From Eledone cirrhosa (taxonomy: Eukaryota), in the NCBI GenBank assembly GCA_964016885.1, contig OZ024764.1, positions 20,274,001-20,338,000 of the forward strand: 64,000 bases of DNA. The letters are read 5' to 3'. Under the pieces are notes generated by a model. It was not told where the DNA came from, searched no databases, and worked only from the letters and a program-made list of their open reading frames with translations. Shown here in pieces: positions 22,726 to 37,817 of the stretch. The position numbers and the translations under genes were made by a program. How positions within the stretch are numbered: the stretch's first letter is position 1; every line of letters starts with the position of its first letter.

Positions 22726-24978
22726 TCTCTCTCAACTCATCTATGCTTGGTCGTTGACGCACATTGACATTGCACATCCAACGGAGCATACTTGCTTCAT
22801 TTCTCTCCAGCCGTTGTATATCCTCTGCAGTTGCTGTCCATGTCTCACTACCGTGCAGCATCACACATCTCACGCAGGCATCACAAGCCATTTGTTCTTA
22901 GAGAGAAACCCTTCTTTGTCAACATAGGAAGCAGCTCCCTAAACTTCTTCCAACCCGTCCTTATTCTAGATACTATGGTCTCTGGGCACCCTCCTCCCAT
23001 GCTAATTTGATCACCTAGATACCGGAAGCTATCAACCACTTCTATAGAACCTGTTTGCATTTGAAAAATGTGTCTATCACTGCGACTTCTACTGTCAAAT
23101 TTCCCTGTACATCTACTGCATATGTATTTTTCCATACCTGTTAGTTTGCCTGCTATCCCACTACATTTCTTGTGTACCCAAAATCTGCATTGTGTACATT
23201 ATAGAATTTATGCCAGTTCCTTTTCTACATATTGAACAAGGCCATTTCTCTGATGGAATGACAGTTTTGTCCTCTTTTCTACTCATCAACACTTTAGTCT
23301 TAGCTAGGTTCACTCTCAGTCCTCTTGATTCCAACTGCTGTTGCAATAGCCAGAATTTATTCTCTAGCTCCTCTACTGATTCTGCTATAAGAACCATATC
23401 GTCAGCATAGAGAACATGCCATGGGCACCTAGTCTTAAACTCCTCTGTTATGACTTGGAGGACTATAATGAAAAAGAGCGGGCTGAGGACCGAACCCTGA
23501 TGTACTCCTGCATCTGTAATTCCTCACTAAACTCCATGCCTACCCTCACTTTACTGACAGCACCTCTGTACATAGCTTGCACTGTCCTCACAAACTATTC
23601 ATCTACACCTAGTTTCCTTAGGGACCACCAGATGACAGATTGGGGTACTCTATCAAAGGCCTTCTCTAGGTCAACAAAAACTAAGTATAGTGGTTTTCTT
23701 CTCTAAGAACCTCTCTTGTAGTTGTCTCACTAAGAAGAGGGCATCTGTTTCACTCTTTTTCTAAGTTGCGCTAGTATTCTTTCTGTCACTTTCATAACCT
23801 GATCCATCAGTTTTATACCCCTATAATTACTCCCCTCCAGAACATCCTCTTTACCTTTACCTCAATTTATGAGAATACTACTGCACCAGTCTTTGGGGGT
23901 GACACCACCATATATAGCTTGATTAATGATACGTGCAACCAGTTTAATTCCTAATTCTCTTGATGCCTTCAGCATCTCAGCAACTATCCCCAACAGTCCA
24001 GCGGACTTACCATTTTTCATTTCCTTAATTGCCTCTTGGACCCTATAGTCGTCAATCTCAATAGCTGGTCCTTCTGTCGGGTCTACTGAAGGTAGCTCCC
24101 CTCCTATTCATTCTCCACATTCATCAGTCTCTCATAATGACATTTCCAGGCTTCCTTTTTTTTGAGAATCAGTGACACTAAGTGCACCAACATCCTGATT
24201 TACACTGACACACTGCCTTGCAATGTGGATCACCGCACATCTCTGATCTCCCCATCGCAGGACATTGGCAAACCTTCTACTCTCAGCCTCCCTGCATGTT
24301 AAGTAAACCTGACATCTAGCTTCTCTCTTAGCGGCTGTGTATCGGTCTCTACCTCTACCATTTTTCCAAGCCTTTTGTCTCTAATGGCTCTATCTACCGT
24401 GCTGTTCCACCACCAGGTCACCTTCTGTCTGGTTGGAGCTCTGCTCCAGCCACAAGTTTCTTCAGTAACCTGCAGTAAGTTGTCACGTACGAAATTCCAG
24501 TTATCGTCCATGTCATAGGACTCTAAATCGTCTTCTTTTTCGTCATACACATCTTGAAGGGCTTTCCTAAATTCATATTTTAGTGAAAGGTCTTTTAGTT
24601 TCTAGACCTTCCTTTTTCAAACCTTCTTGTATGTCTCTCTTTGTCTCTTGCTTACTGAGATGTCACTAACGACTAACCTATGTTGGTGGGGTACATTGTT
24701 CCCTGGGGTATGCCTTAGTATTTGACACCATCTGTCTCTCTTGCTACTTAACTAGCAAGAAGTCAATCTGTCTCATGTGCTCACCTGATTGGTAGGTTAT
24801 TAGGTGGTTGGTAGGTTTCTTGAAGTGTTGCAAATGGTTAGTTCACTTGCATCACAAAATACAAGAAGCCTCACTCCTTCTTCGTTTCTTGAGTCATAAC
24901 CATGTCCACCATGTACCCCAGTATATCCATCCTCGAACTGTCCAACATGACCATTGAAGTCCCCTGCTATTATAACTA
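22726..24978 (-). mobile_element. RTE-clade LINE, decayed (paralog of 5531-7785)
   Basis: Collinear, with the same junctions and internal deletions. Confidence 0.92.
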
Positions 24979-25538
24979 GGTCTCTGTCATTGTGGTTATC
25001 TCTACTTATTCCTTTTCTACATATGGAGCAGGGCTACTTTCCTGAAGGGGTCAGGGTCTTCTCTCCTATCCATTACCACTTTAGTTTTGGCTAAGTATAT
25101 TCTCAGAACTTACCATTTCAAATTCTATATCTATAGCTGGTCATCTACATAGAGAAGTTTCCATAGACAGCCAGTCTTAAACCTCTCTGTTATGGCTTGG
25201 AGAACTATGATGAACAACAGTGGGCTAAGAACTAAACCATGATGAACTCCTACCGTACCTTCAATTCCTCACTAAACACACTTTACTGACAGCTTCTCAC
25301 AAGCCATTCTTCTACACCTAATTTCTTTAACACTTTAGTATATAAACTGGGCATATCTGGCCAGAATTGTCTCATGTCTTTCTGTTCAAACTGGCCGTAA
25401 CTGGTCACTTATACTTATGTTAAGGTATTGTTCTCAAAATAAGTAACATCAAAATCTCATAGATTTGATATTATGAGTGATAAAGCATTTACTGTGAAAA
25501 TATAATAGTAAATATAGAGTAATGTGAATACTAAAGGG

Positions 25539-25840
25539 TTAATCTGATGTCACTAATAACTACTTTTATCAGTCAGTATAATCTGATGTCACTAATAACT
25601 ACTTTTATCAGTCAGTTTAATCTAATGTCACTAATAACTACTTTTATCAGTCAGTTTAATCTAATGTCACTAATAACTACTTTTATCAGTCAGTTTAATC
25701 TAATGCCACTAATAACTACTTTTATCAGTCAGTTTAATCTAATGTCACTAATAACTACTTTTATCAGTCAGTTTAATCTAATGTCACTAATAACTACTTT
25801 TATCAGTCAGTATAATCTACTACCACTAATAACTAACCTA
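25539..25840 (+). repeat. 39-bp minisatellite (~7.7 copies)
   Basis: Produces the spurious ORF (NLMSLITTFISQF)n. Confidence 0.92.
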
Positions 25841-26172
25841 TGTTAGTCAGCACATTCTTCACCAAAGAAGGCCTTAGTATTTATTACAGTCCATTTATCA
25901 ATATAGAAATATTATATGAAATTTGTACTGATGTATTACAAGTTTCTCAGTATCTTATAATGTTCTTTTATTATTTCAGAATACCAGAGGACATTGGCAT
26001 TAAAGAGCACGTTACATCAGACATATCCTCAACATTAACCATTTCTAATGAAATACACTAACCATCATTTTCAAATAATTTTGAAAACACTCAACACTTT
26101 GAAGTGATTTAGTAATATAACTAAATTTCTCAGTATTAAGCTGTGAATTATGTGAGAAACTGAGGTGATTGA

Positions 26173-27012
<840 letters not shown>

Positions 27013-28958
27013 CTATCCCCAAACGTACTCATACAGGAGAGAAGCCATATCACTGTGACATCTGTGGTAAATCATTCTCTCAAAGTGGTACCTTAACCAA
27101 GCATGTGCGTATTCATAAAAAAGTTTGGCTGTATCAATATCAAACTCATTACATCATACTACAACAACAACAATTGTGTAGATCCATCATCCTGGCTAAA
27201 ACTGGGGTTAACCTTGTAGGTTTTACCTATGACAGGGATCATAAAACCAGGTTTCCATTTTTGAAGCAGTGTTTGAAGATTTTGTGTAAATTAAAGTTTT
27301 TCACATTAAACTTTGATTTATTATACTTTAACAGGTAAGATATATATTTGTATTTTTAGTAAAGGTTGGGAACTTCTGTAATTTAAACCTGCCAATAAAA
27401 TGAAAACTTTTGTTGTTGTTAGTCAGACATTGATATTAATTCTATTGTCCTGTACATTGTCTCAAATATCACAGATTAAACAGATTTTAACAATATCAAC
27501 AGAAATCAATAACTTGTAAGCCTAATATCTAGCTTCCATTTTAACTATTTGATATTGTTGTTCCCCTCCTGTCTCTTCAGGTCTTTTAGATTTCAACTTC
27601 TATCTACTGTACTATTCCATCACCAAGGCAACATTCATCTGGCTGGCAGCTTACATCAACTACAGATCTCATCAGTGGTTCACAACAGGCTGTCTGAAAG
27701 AAACTTCCAGATATCTTCTATGTCATAGCTATCAATCTCCTCCTCCTTATTATATGTATCATGTAGAACATCTCTGAATTTATATTTAACAAGGAGATCT
27801 TTTACTATCCCTAACCTTGTCTCTAGGTTGTCTTGTACCTCTCTCACAGTTCATCTAGATCTTATATTTAACAGGGAGATGTTTTACTATCCCTACCCTT
27901 TTCTCTAGGTTGTCTTGTACCTCTCACAGTCCCTCTAGATCTTATATTTAACAGGGAGATCTTTTACTATCTCTACCTCTTTCTCTAGGTTGTCTTGTAC
28001 CTCTCTCACAGTCCCTCTAGATCTTATATTTAACAGGGAGATCTTTTACTATCTCTACCTCTTTCTCTAGGTGGTGTTGTACCTCTCTCACAGTCCCTGT
28101 AGATCTTATATTTAACAGGGAGATCTTTTACTCTCCAACCCTTCTTTCTCCAGATAGTCTTGTATCTGTCAGTCCCTCTAGATATTACACCTAGTATCTA
28201 GTCTATGTTGAGTGGTACGTCCTTCTCCAGTAAAGGAGTTAATATTCCCAACCATCTGTCTATCCTGTTTTCTGATGAGAATGAAGTCAATCTAGTTTAT
28301 CTCTTCACCTGATTGAAGTAACTAGATGGTTTCCTGTAAGTTAGTGTTGCAGTGTTTGTGTCACCATGTAAGGTATATATCTATTAATATAGAGATGTAG
28401 TAAAGTTTTCACTGTTGTATCTCTATTTTCTAAATATCTTAATAATGTTTCTCTACTATTTCAGAATATCACAGGACCTTTACAGAAAAGAGTCTTTTAA
28501 AGACAACAGAAAGATGTTACATACAAGTGATATAAACTTGTTTAGTCTGTGGTGAATTATGGTGAAATATTTCTTCTGAATTGAGATAAATAACAACATT
28601 TTCCTTTTTCACTGTCTGGAATATTTACAAGATGATTTTACATTCTGATTAAACTTTGGATATTTACAAAGGAGTTTTCAAAATATTTGGATATTGACAA
28701 ATATCACATTTGATAAAATTATGAACAATAGAAATATTTACATCAACATAGGAATATTTTCCAGAAGAGATGGGAAAATCATTATACCACTGTAATATTT
28801 GTGGTAAAGTATTCTCTCTTCTTTATATGTAGAACATCTAACTAAACACTTTAACAAACTATTGTGCTATAGAATTGACAAACTTGAGGAATGTTTAATA
28901 AATGTTACTGATAGAATGTTTAATAAATGTTACTGATAGAATGTTTAATAAATGTTAC

Positions 28959-31005
28959 TGATAGAGGGACCAGCAGTGTTAGTCGAAGGTAGTATAATAA
29001 GTAAGGCAATCAAAGATATGAAGACGGGTAAGGCGGCTGGGCCTTCGGAAATAGTTGCTGAGATGCTGAAAGCCTCCGGTACGGTGGGACACACCATGGT
29101 CACCCGGATAGTAAACCAAGTCATACAGAATGGGGTTGTTCCGAAGGACTGGCGTAGCAGCATCATCGTTAACTGTTACAAGGGTAAAGGAGACGCCCTA
29201 GATAGGAGTTACTATAGAGGCATTAAATTAATCGACCAGGTCATGAAGGTCACGGAAAAAGTAATAGTGCAACTAATCAGAGAGAGAATTGATCTAGATG
29301 AAATGCAGTTCGGGTTTGTGTCAGGCAAAAGTACCACAGACGCTCTTTTCATTGTACGACAACTACAGGAGATGTACCTAGCTAAAAGTAAACCCCTATA
29401 CTTAGCTTTTGTCGACTTGGAGAAAGCCTTCGACAGAGTCCCCCGTTCCATTATCTGGTGGGCTCTTAGAAAACTAGGTGTTGACGAATGGCTTGTGAGA
29501 GCCATACAAGCCATGTATAGAGAAACAGTCAGCAAGGCTAGAATTAACAACGAATATAGTGAAGAGTTTAGCGTAAAAGTTGGCGTCCATCAGGGCTCTG
29601 TTCTTAGCCCCCTACTATTTATTATTGCCCTTCAGGCTATAACAGAGGAGTTCAAGACCGGCTGCCCATGGGAACTCCTATACACAGATGATCTAACGCT
29701 CATAGCTGAATCAATGGCCGAGCTAGAGAAGAAATTCCAAACATGGAAGCACGGCCTAGAATCAAAAGGCCTTAAAATTAACCTGGCTAAGACTAAAGTT
29801 CTAGTTTGTAGGAAAGAAAATAAGGCGCCGGTCCCCTCCGGGAAATGGCCATGCTCAGTGTGTAGGAAAGGCGTAGGTAGAAACTCCATTTTATGTCCCA
29901 AATGCAAAGTATGAGTGCATAAAAGATGTAGTGTGATCACAGGTAAGCTAACTAAGAACATAGATTTTACATGTGGCCGGTGCTCTGGTGCAATAAGTAG
30001 CAGCAAGTGCCCACGAAATACTAGCTCATTCAACTGCGCAGAGGGTTCTATAGAAATAGTGGACAGCTTCCGTTACCTGGGTGACAAAATCAGCAGTGGG
30101 GGAGGGTGCTCTGAAAGTACAGTAGCTAGAGTCAGAACTGGATGGAAAAAGTTCAGAGAGCTTATAATACTATTAGCCGCTAAAGGGTTGTCCCTAAAAA
30201 TGAAAGGCAGGTTGTACGATGCCTGCATACGAACAGCAATGTTGCATGGCAGTGAGACCTGGGCATTGTGTGCAGAGGATATACGCAGATTAGAGAGGAA
30301 CGAAGTTTGCATGCTCCGTTGGATGTGTCATAGTAATATACGTGAACGGCAAAGCATAAACGAACTAAGGAAAAAATTAGAAATAAGAGGGATCAGATGT
30401 TTTCTCGAGAGAAGGCTACGTTGGTATGGTCACGTGATGCACATGAAAGACGACAGCTGTATAACAAAGTGCAGGGCAATAAAGATAGATGGTAGCCACG
30501 GAGTAGGCAGACCCAGGATAACCTGGGACGAGCTGATAAACTCCGACCTCACACACTTACACCTCTCCAAGACAATGTCACTGGACCGAGACCTTTGGCG
30601 GTACTCAGTAACAGAGAAGACCCGCCTTACCTAAATACAAAGTAAAACCTCCTAGTCAGTAGGCATCTCTAACAAAATTCACCCCGTCCCACTCTATCCA
30701 CACTGCCCCCTTCAATGCAAAGTTATGTTGGTGCCACAACATCCAGGCTGAAACAAACGAGATCGTGTAGGTGTCACGACAAAAAAACACACAGTCCATG
30801 CTTTAATGTGACCGTGTAGGCAACACGGTAAAAACCTCCCAGTCCCACACTGTAAATGTGGTTGGTGTTAGGAAGGGCATCCAGCTGTAGAAAACCCGCC
30901 AGACAGTCCTATGCGAGCAAGACAACCACTCTTGCCTCAAGTAGGAAAACTCCCATCCAAACCAATGCAAGCATGGAACAGGGACGTTAAACGATGATGA
31001 TGATG
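28959..31005 (+). mobile_element. Young 5'-truncated RTE LINE
   Basis: ORFs 28952-29914 and 29915-30634 are in frame, split by one TGA. Motifs AFVDLEKAFD, GVHQGSVLSP and YTDD; (GAT)n tail. Empty sites at ~11831, 33205 and 51760. Confidence 0.95.
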
Positions 31006-31054
31006 ATTATTTCTCCAAACTGTCGTTTACTAACTTTAACTTGAAGCTATATTA

Positions 31055-31278
31055 TCTATATACTACTAAAACTCTGTGATTGTGTCTTGTCCGTAATTTA
31101 ATACAGCTAAAACAGTGCATAATGGGGAAATACTTTGAAAGGAATAAAACAAGTTTTGTATAAATTGGAGCACAGTTTGCCAAGATACGGGGTTTTCTGG
31201 GTACCTTCATAAATATAGTGAGAGAAAGAGATAGTGGTGGTGAGAGAGTGAGAGCTGGTGGTGTTGTTTAATAAAATA

Positions 31279-31310
<32 letters not shown>

Positions 31311-31763
31311 CGTATGTTCATATATATGTATCTGTATATATATATACATATGAAGCATATAGACAATATGCCCCCACACTCTCCCACTGCAAGGTGGTCG
31401 TGGAGGTGCCGCAGCAAAAAAGCACCGAGCCCACACTGTAAAGTGGACATGTAGGCGCCACGAAAAAACACGCAGCACTCACTGTAAATGAGGTTGGTGT
31501 TAGGAAGGGCATCCAGCTGTAGAAATCGAGCCAAATCAGTTCCTGTATGAGCAAGGCATGGTCAGCCGACCAGACGCTAACCACAACAGGACAACTCGTC
31601 TAACCCATGCTAGCGTGGAAAAACGGACATAAAACGGTGATGATGATGATGATGATATATATATATACGTATGTGTATATTTTAACTGTTTAAAAATTAT
31701 TTTAAATGACTTTTAAAAAATAGTGATAAAGGAACGTGACCCAACAGGTCGCGGGTGGTCTAG
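31055..31763 (+). mobile_element. Non-autonomous Helitron with nested RTE tail (31350-31655)
   Basis: TC..CTAG ends; the nested insert in (TA)n is near-identical to 20908-21205. Confidence 0.78.
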
Positions 31764-32171
31764 TTTGTTACTAAATACTAGATATTAGAGGGTCATGTTG
31801 TTCTAGATGTGCTGGAAGAGCCATTCCATCTCGTGAGGCTCACACCAGCAGCTAGCCACCTCAGCACCTATGGTGGTATATTTATTATATTATTTATTCT
31901 TTATCATTAACATTAATATAAAAGATAATTATATATTTTTAGAGAAGAACCTCTAACTTCATATAGCTTAGGGCTTCAGTAGGTAAAAGTCTGGCCCTGC
32001 TTGTCTTGTATTTTTTAGGGGAGAAGTTAGGGAATACTGTTATTATGTGAAAGTTTTCTAAATATTCTTCAGCCACTAACATGGAGAAGATATTTCAGTA
32101 AGAAGGTTCACATCATGACATCTATAGCTGTTAACAATGAGATTGGAATTCATTATTAAACAAATGTTATA

Positions 32172-32850
32172 TCATCATCACTGTTTTACATCTGTTTTTT
32201 CATGCTGGCATGGGTTAGATGAGTTATCCTGTTGTAAGCATTGCCAGGTCAGGTGATCACGTGTTGCTCCTACAGAACAAATTTTGGATTGGTTTCTACA
32301 GCTGGATGCCCTTCCTAGCACCAACCTTATTTACATTGAGTACTGGGTGCATTTTACCATCTCACCATCTCGACCTCTTTACAGTGTGGGCTGGGTGCTT
32401 TTTGTTGTGACACCTATATGACCACTTTACAGTGTGGGCTGGGTGCTTTTTGTTGTGACAGCTACATGACCACTTTACAGTGTGGACTGGGTGCTTTTTG
32501 CAGTGTGGGCTGGTTTCTTTTTGTCATGTCACCTACATGACCAGTTTATAGTATTGGCTGTGTGTTCTTTACAGTGTGGGCTGGTTTCTTTTTGTTATAT
32601 CACCTACATGACCGCCTTATAATGTTGACTGTGTGTTCTTTGCAGTGTGGGCTGGTTTCTTTTTGTCATATCACCTACATGACCACCTTATAATTTTGAC
32701 TGTGTGTTCTTTGCAGTGTGGGCTGGTTTCTTTTTGTCATGTCACCTACATGACCACCTTATAATGTTGACTGTGTGTTCTTTACAGTGTGGGTTGGGTG
32801 CTTTTTGACATATCTCCTACCCAACCACTTTGCAGTGTGGGCAGTGAAAT
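32172..32850 (-). mobile_element. RTE 3'-tail element with expanded 48-61 bp repeats
   Basis: Paralog of 12651-13170; further copies at 33640-34055 and 52420-52765. Confidence 0.75.
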
Positions 32851-32949
32851 ATCAGTAATGCACCAGCTCCAATATTCAGTAATCAGAAGAAGGCAGGTAG
32901 GCATAAAAGCCAAACTTGCTGTCTTCAATTAGGTTTTTGTGCCAACCCT

Positions 32950-34127
32950 TGGATATTTACAAAGGAGTTTTCAAAATATTTGGATATTGACAAAGATCAC
33001 TTTTGGTAAAATTATGAACAATAGAAATATTTACATCAACATAGGAATATTTTCCAGAAGAGATGGGAAAATCATTATACCACTGTAATATTTGTGGTAA
33101 ACTATTCTCTCTTCTTTATATGTAGAATATCTAACTAAACACTTTAACTAACAAACTATTGTGCTATAGAATTGACAAACTTGAACGATGTTTAATAAAT
33201 GTTACAGATTTCTCCAAACTGTCGTTTACTAACTTTAATTTGAAGCTATATTATCTATATACTACTAAAACTCTGTGATTGTGTCTTGTCCGTAATTTAA
33301 TACAGCTAAAACAGTGCATAATGGGGAAATACTTTGAAAAGAATAAAACAAGATTTGTATAAATTGGAGCACAGGTTCCCAAGATACGGGGTTTTCTGGG
33401 TACCTTCATAAATATAGGGAGAGAGCGAGACAGTGGTGGTGAGAGAGTGGGCGCTGGTGGTGTTGTTTAATAAATTGTGTGTGTGTGTGTATATATATAT
33501 ATACGTTTATTGTGTGAAAGTTTTCTAAATCTTCTTCAGCCACTAACATGGAGAAGATATTTCAGTAAGAAGGTTCACATCCTGACATCTATAGCTGTTA
33601 ACAATGAGATTGGAATTCATTATTAAACAAATGTTATATCATCATCACTGTTTTACATCAGTTTTTCCACGCTGGCATGGGTTAGACGAGTTATCCTGTT
33701 GTAAGCAATGCCAGGTCAGGTGACCACGTGTTGCTCCTACAGAACCAATTTTGATTTTGTTTCTACAGCTGGATGCTCTTCCCAGCACCAACCTTATTTA
33801 CAGTGAGTACTGGGTACTTTTTATCGTGACACCTACAGTACCACTTTACAGGGTGGACTGGGTACTTTTTGCCATGACACCAATGTGACCACTTTACAGT
33901 GTGGATTGGGTACTTTTTGTCGTGACACCTACATGACCACTTTACAATGTGGAATGGGTACTTTTTGTTGTGACACCTACATGACCACTTTACAGTGTGG
34001 ATTGGGTACTTTTTGTCATGACACCTACACAACCTCTTTACAGTGTTGGCAGTGAAATCTAATGCACCAGCTTCAGTAATCAGAATATACATATACACAC
34101 ACACAAACACAAATATATATATATATT
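32950..34127 (+). repeat. Internal duplication of relic ZNF exon, Helitron 5' part and RTE tail
   Basis: Repeats 28657-28908, 31007-31300 and 32040 onward, but without the young RTE. Confidence 0.85.
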
Positions 34128-36059
34128 CAGTGGTACCTTGACTTACAAGTGTCCCAACTAATAAGTTTTTCGAGATACGAGCCCTCTCTCGGCTGATTTT
34201 TTGCGTTGAGTTCCAGAGTAAAATTCGGGTTACAAGTCAGCTTCAGATGCCCCGCCACTAGTTGGCATAGTGACCGCCACAGGCAATACCGTAACACCCG
34301 CCCGGCATCCCATGGCTTCGAAGAAAGTGAGGGCGAAGGACAGTTCTGAGAAGAAGAAGCAGATGATGTGTATTGAATTAAAGAAAGAAATTATAGAAAA
34401 ACAAGACCAAGGTGTGTGTAGTGGACTTGGTGAAGTAGTACGAGCGTAGCACTTCTATGATATGTACCATACTGAAGTAGAAGGACTTGATAAAGGCTAT
34501 AACCCCAGCTAAGGGTGGTAAAATAATTTCTGATTTGCTGCAGCAGACCCCAGGTACTTCTACGGACGAGGCATCGGCAAGCCCTTTAATGCCAGTCGGG
34601 GTTGGTTTGAGAATTTTAAAAAGAGGACGGGCATTCACTCCGTTGTCAGGCATGGTGAGGCAGCGAGCGCGGATATGAAGGCAGCTGAGGATTACCTCAA
34701 AACCTTTGTCTGAATTATAGCAGCGAAAGGATACATCCCTCAGCAAGTCTTTAACTGTGATGAAACAGGACTTTTTGGGAAGAAGATGCCAAGGAGGACT
34801 TATATAACGGCAGAGGAGAAGAGGATGCCTAGCCACAAACCCATGAAGGATAGGCTAACCCTCGCACTGTGTGCCACTGAGCGGCGAGTGTAAGATTAAG
34901 TTGCCGCTCGTTTATCATTCAGAAAACTTTAAGTCACATAAGATTCTGAAAGAAAAACTGCAGGTTATGTGGAGGGCAAACCCGAGGTCATGGGTCACCA
35001 GGTAGTTTTTTGTGGAGTGGGTGAATTTGGTCTTTGGTCCTGACGTTAAAAAATATCTCCAGGAAAATAACCTACCCCTGCAAACCTTCTTGTTTTGGAC
35101 AATACACCTGCTCACCCACCTAACCTCGAAGAGTTCAAGTTTATAAAGGTCCTCTACCTTCCACCAAACACCACCCCTAACATACAGACCAAGGACCAGC
35201 AGGTACTTTCTAATTTCAAGAAGCTCTTCACCAAGCACCTGTTCAGTCGCTGCTTTGAAGTGACGGAGAGCACAAACTTCACCCTTGAGAGGTCTGGAAG
35301 GACCATTATAACATCGTGATATGCCTCAGAATTATCGATATGACATGGCAGGGTCTTACAAAGAGGACCTTGACCTCTACATGGAAGAAGCTGTGGCCTG
35401 AAGTTGTGTCTAAAACAGACTTTGAAAGACTCGAACCCGAAGCGGCAGTGGTGGAGGAGATTGTACCCCTCGGTAAGTCCATGGGCCTGGACATGGATGA
35501 AGGTGACATCAACGAGCTCATCGAGGAGCACCCCGAGGAAATGACAACGAAGGAATTAAAGGAGCTACAGACACAGCAACACACGGAGGTTTTGCAGGAA
35601 ATAGGTGACACAGAGGAGGTTATCTCAACAAGTGAGATGAAACAAACCTTATTAGACAGGTTTTTATTGAAAATCCCTGCAGATAAAAGTGAGGAAAGCG
35701 TGGCGAAAAGGGCAAAAATCAGCGAATAAGATTCAGTTATTCAGTTCATCCTTTCTCCTCCGTCAACAGCCTCAAGTCGTCTGATCTCCAAGATAGATGC
35801 TGTACATTATACTTAATAAAACCAGTTTATTGTAGTACATTCTATTGTATTGTTTTTTATATACAATATTTGTCATTTATAAGTACATTTTTCTTATTTA
35901 AAAAGACGTAACAAAACAAACTGTGGTTTTTGGGGGGTCTGGAACGGATTAACGGCATTTTATTTTATTTCAGTGGGGAAAATTGATTTGACATACGAGT
36001 AATTTAAGTTACGAGGTCCTCCACGGAACAAATTAAACTCGTAAGTGAAGGTATCACAG
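34128..36059 (+). mobile_element. Tigger/pogo DNA transposon, more complete copy
   Basis: TIRs at both ends; GWFENFKKR, VFNCDETGLF, DNTPAHP and LPPNTT motifs; frameshifted. Confidence 0.93.
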
Positions 36060-36089
36060 TGTGTGTGTATATATATATATATATGAAGG

Positions 36090-36258
36090 AACGATCGACT
36101 TTCGTCAAATCGGACCGAGGAAGCAATGTTTCCATTGGTCTTTCCAATTGCTAGTACCATCGGTCGCAACTCCAGGTAGAAGGAACAACGTGAAATAAAG
36201 TGTCATGCTCAAGGTCATAACGCATCGCCTGGTCCAGGAATCGAACTCACAACCTCAA
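36090..36258 (-). mobile_element. tRNA-derived SINE, inverted
   Basis: Paralog of 17503-17671. Confidence 0.8.
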
Positions 36259-37817
36259 GATATATATATATATATATATAAATGAAGAATATAGAAATTA
36301 TTGTAGCAAAAAGCCAACAGTATTCCATTATATATATGTATATATGTATATATAGTATAAAAGAGAAAACACAGGTAAGCATTAAGAGAAGGATTTTATC
36401 CAGGTATTTACGACCGTTTCATTGGTAAGTGCAACCTTATATTTCTATCCTGCAAATAGCAGCCACTCAATTATAATTGTTGTTCACAGTCCAAATTTTC
36501 AAAATAGTAAGTTACTCTTGAAATAATTGTTAATATATAGAGAAAAACATTTATTTGGAATTGTATTTACTAGTATAGAGAGAGAGGAATCAGAAGGTGA
36601 GGGGACAGACGGAATAGTATAGAGAGAGAGGGAGGGGGAAGAGGTAGGAAGTAGAGTGACAAACTGAGATGGAGGGAGGGGTAGAGGTGGCAGGATTCTT
36701 TGGTCAGTTTTGACAGCAGACTTCATGTCGTGGAATGTAGTGAGTTAAAGAGAATTAAATTGATCATTTTTGGAGGGATGGATATATATATATAGTTAAA
36801 TATTAGACAGGAACAAAAAACAGGCAGTGCAAATGGTAGTTTATACCGAGAGAGAGACAGACAAACACATCAATACCCCTACTACAGTAAAACAAAACAT
36901 ATGTAAGGGGAGACAATTCTGGTTACATCCCCACTTCTTTTTGATATACGTCCTTTACATACTTTGTTCAATGGAATCTGCTTTATTTTGTGTCCTAAGT
37001 AGATTTCTGTTTAATTATTTACGAGATTCACAATGATTCACGTAACCAAGTTACTTACATAGAGATATATTTCACATAGAATCACAACAAATGAAAATAT
37101 TAAGTCAACACTGTGTCAATCAGTCTCACATCACATGGGGTGCTGGAGTCTCCTTCTAATACTTTCTGAGACAGTCTTACCTCGAGTGATAGCAAGGCTA
37201 AGATGTTGGAACTACCAAACACCCTCATATGTATCACCAGACACCTCGGTAAGGAGAGCTGCCAACGATAACAAGAACCTCGTTGTCAGGGACCTATCTC
37301 CTCCAAACTTCTCCAACACCACAGACTAGAATATTCTACTCTTTATTCCCTATCAAATATATTTCAGTCTAGTCATTTGTCTTGTATCTTGTATATATAT
37401 TTTCAAAACTAACTGTCACATTTGTAAGACCCCAGTTAGTGATGTTTTTCTCTCCCTCCCACATGCTACATGCTGTAGTAAAAGTGGGGGTCACTGCTTC
37501 CGTAGACGAACGAGATAAAAGCTAAACTACCAGTAATTATCGGCAAAGTTATTATTCCAGTCTGTGATGTTTGAGAAGCTGGGCTGCTGACAACGAAGTT
37601 GTCACTGTTGGCGGCTGGCTTTACCGAAGTACCCGATGACTCTTGTGAGGGTATTTAGATGTTCTGGCGGTTTAGCCTCCACGTTACCCGATCTTACCGA
37701 GATACACGGTGATCTCTGTAAGAGTACTTAGCTGTTCTATTTTAATTACATTTACTGTTTTCAACTTTCATTTCCTTTATTACAAACTTTACATAATTTA
37801 ATTCGGTAAAAATATTT

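Noticed and set aside
25547-25846. Repetitive 99-aa ORF
   Set aside because: It is the translation of the 39-bp minisatellite.
36400-36500. Penelope-type hammerhead ribozyme (rc GAAACGGTCGTA)
   Set aside because: No CTGANGA core or pairing stem I could be found; at most a decayed relic.
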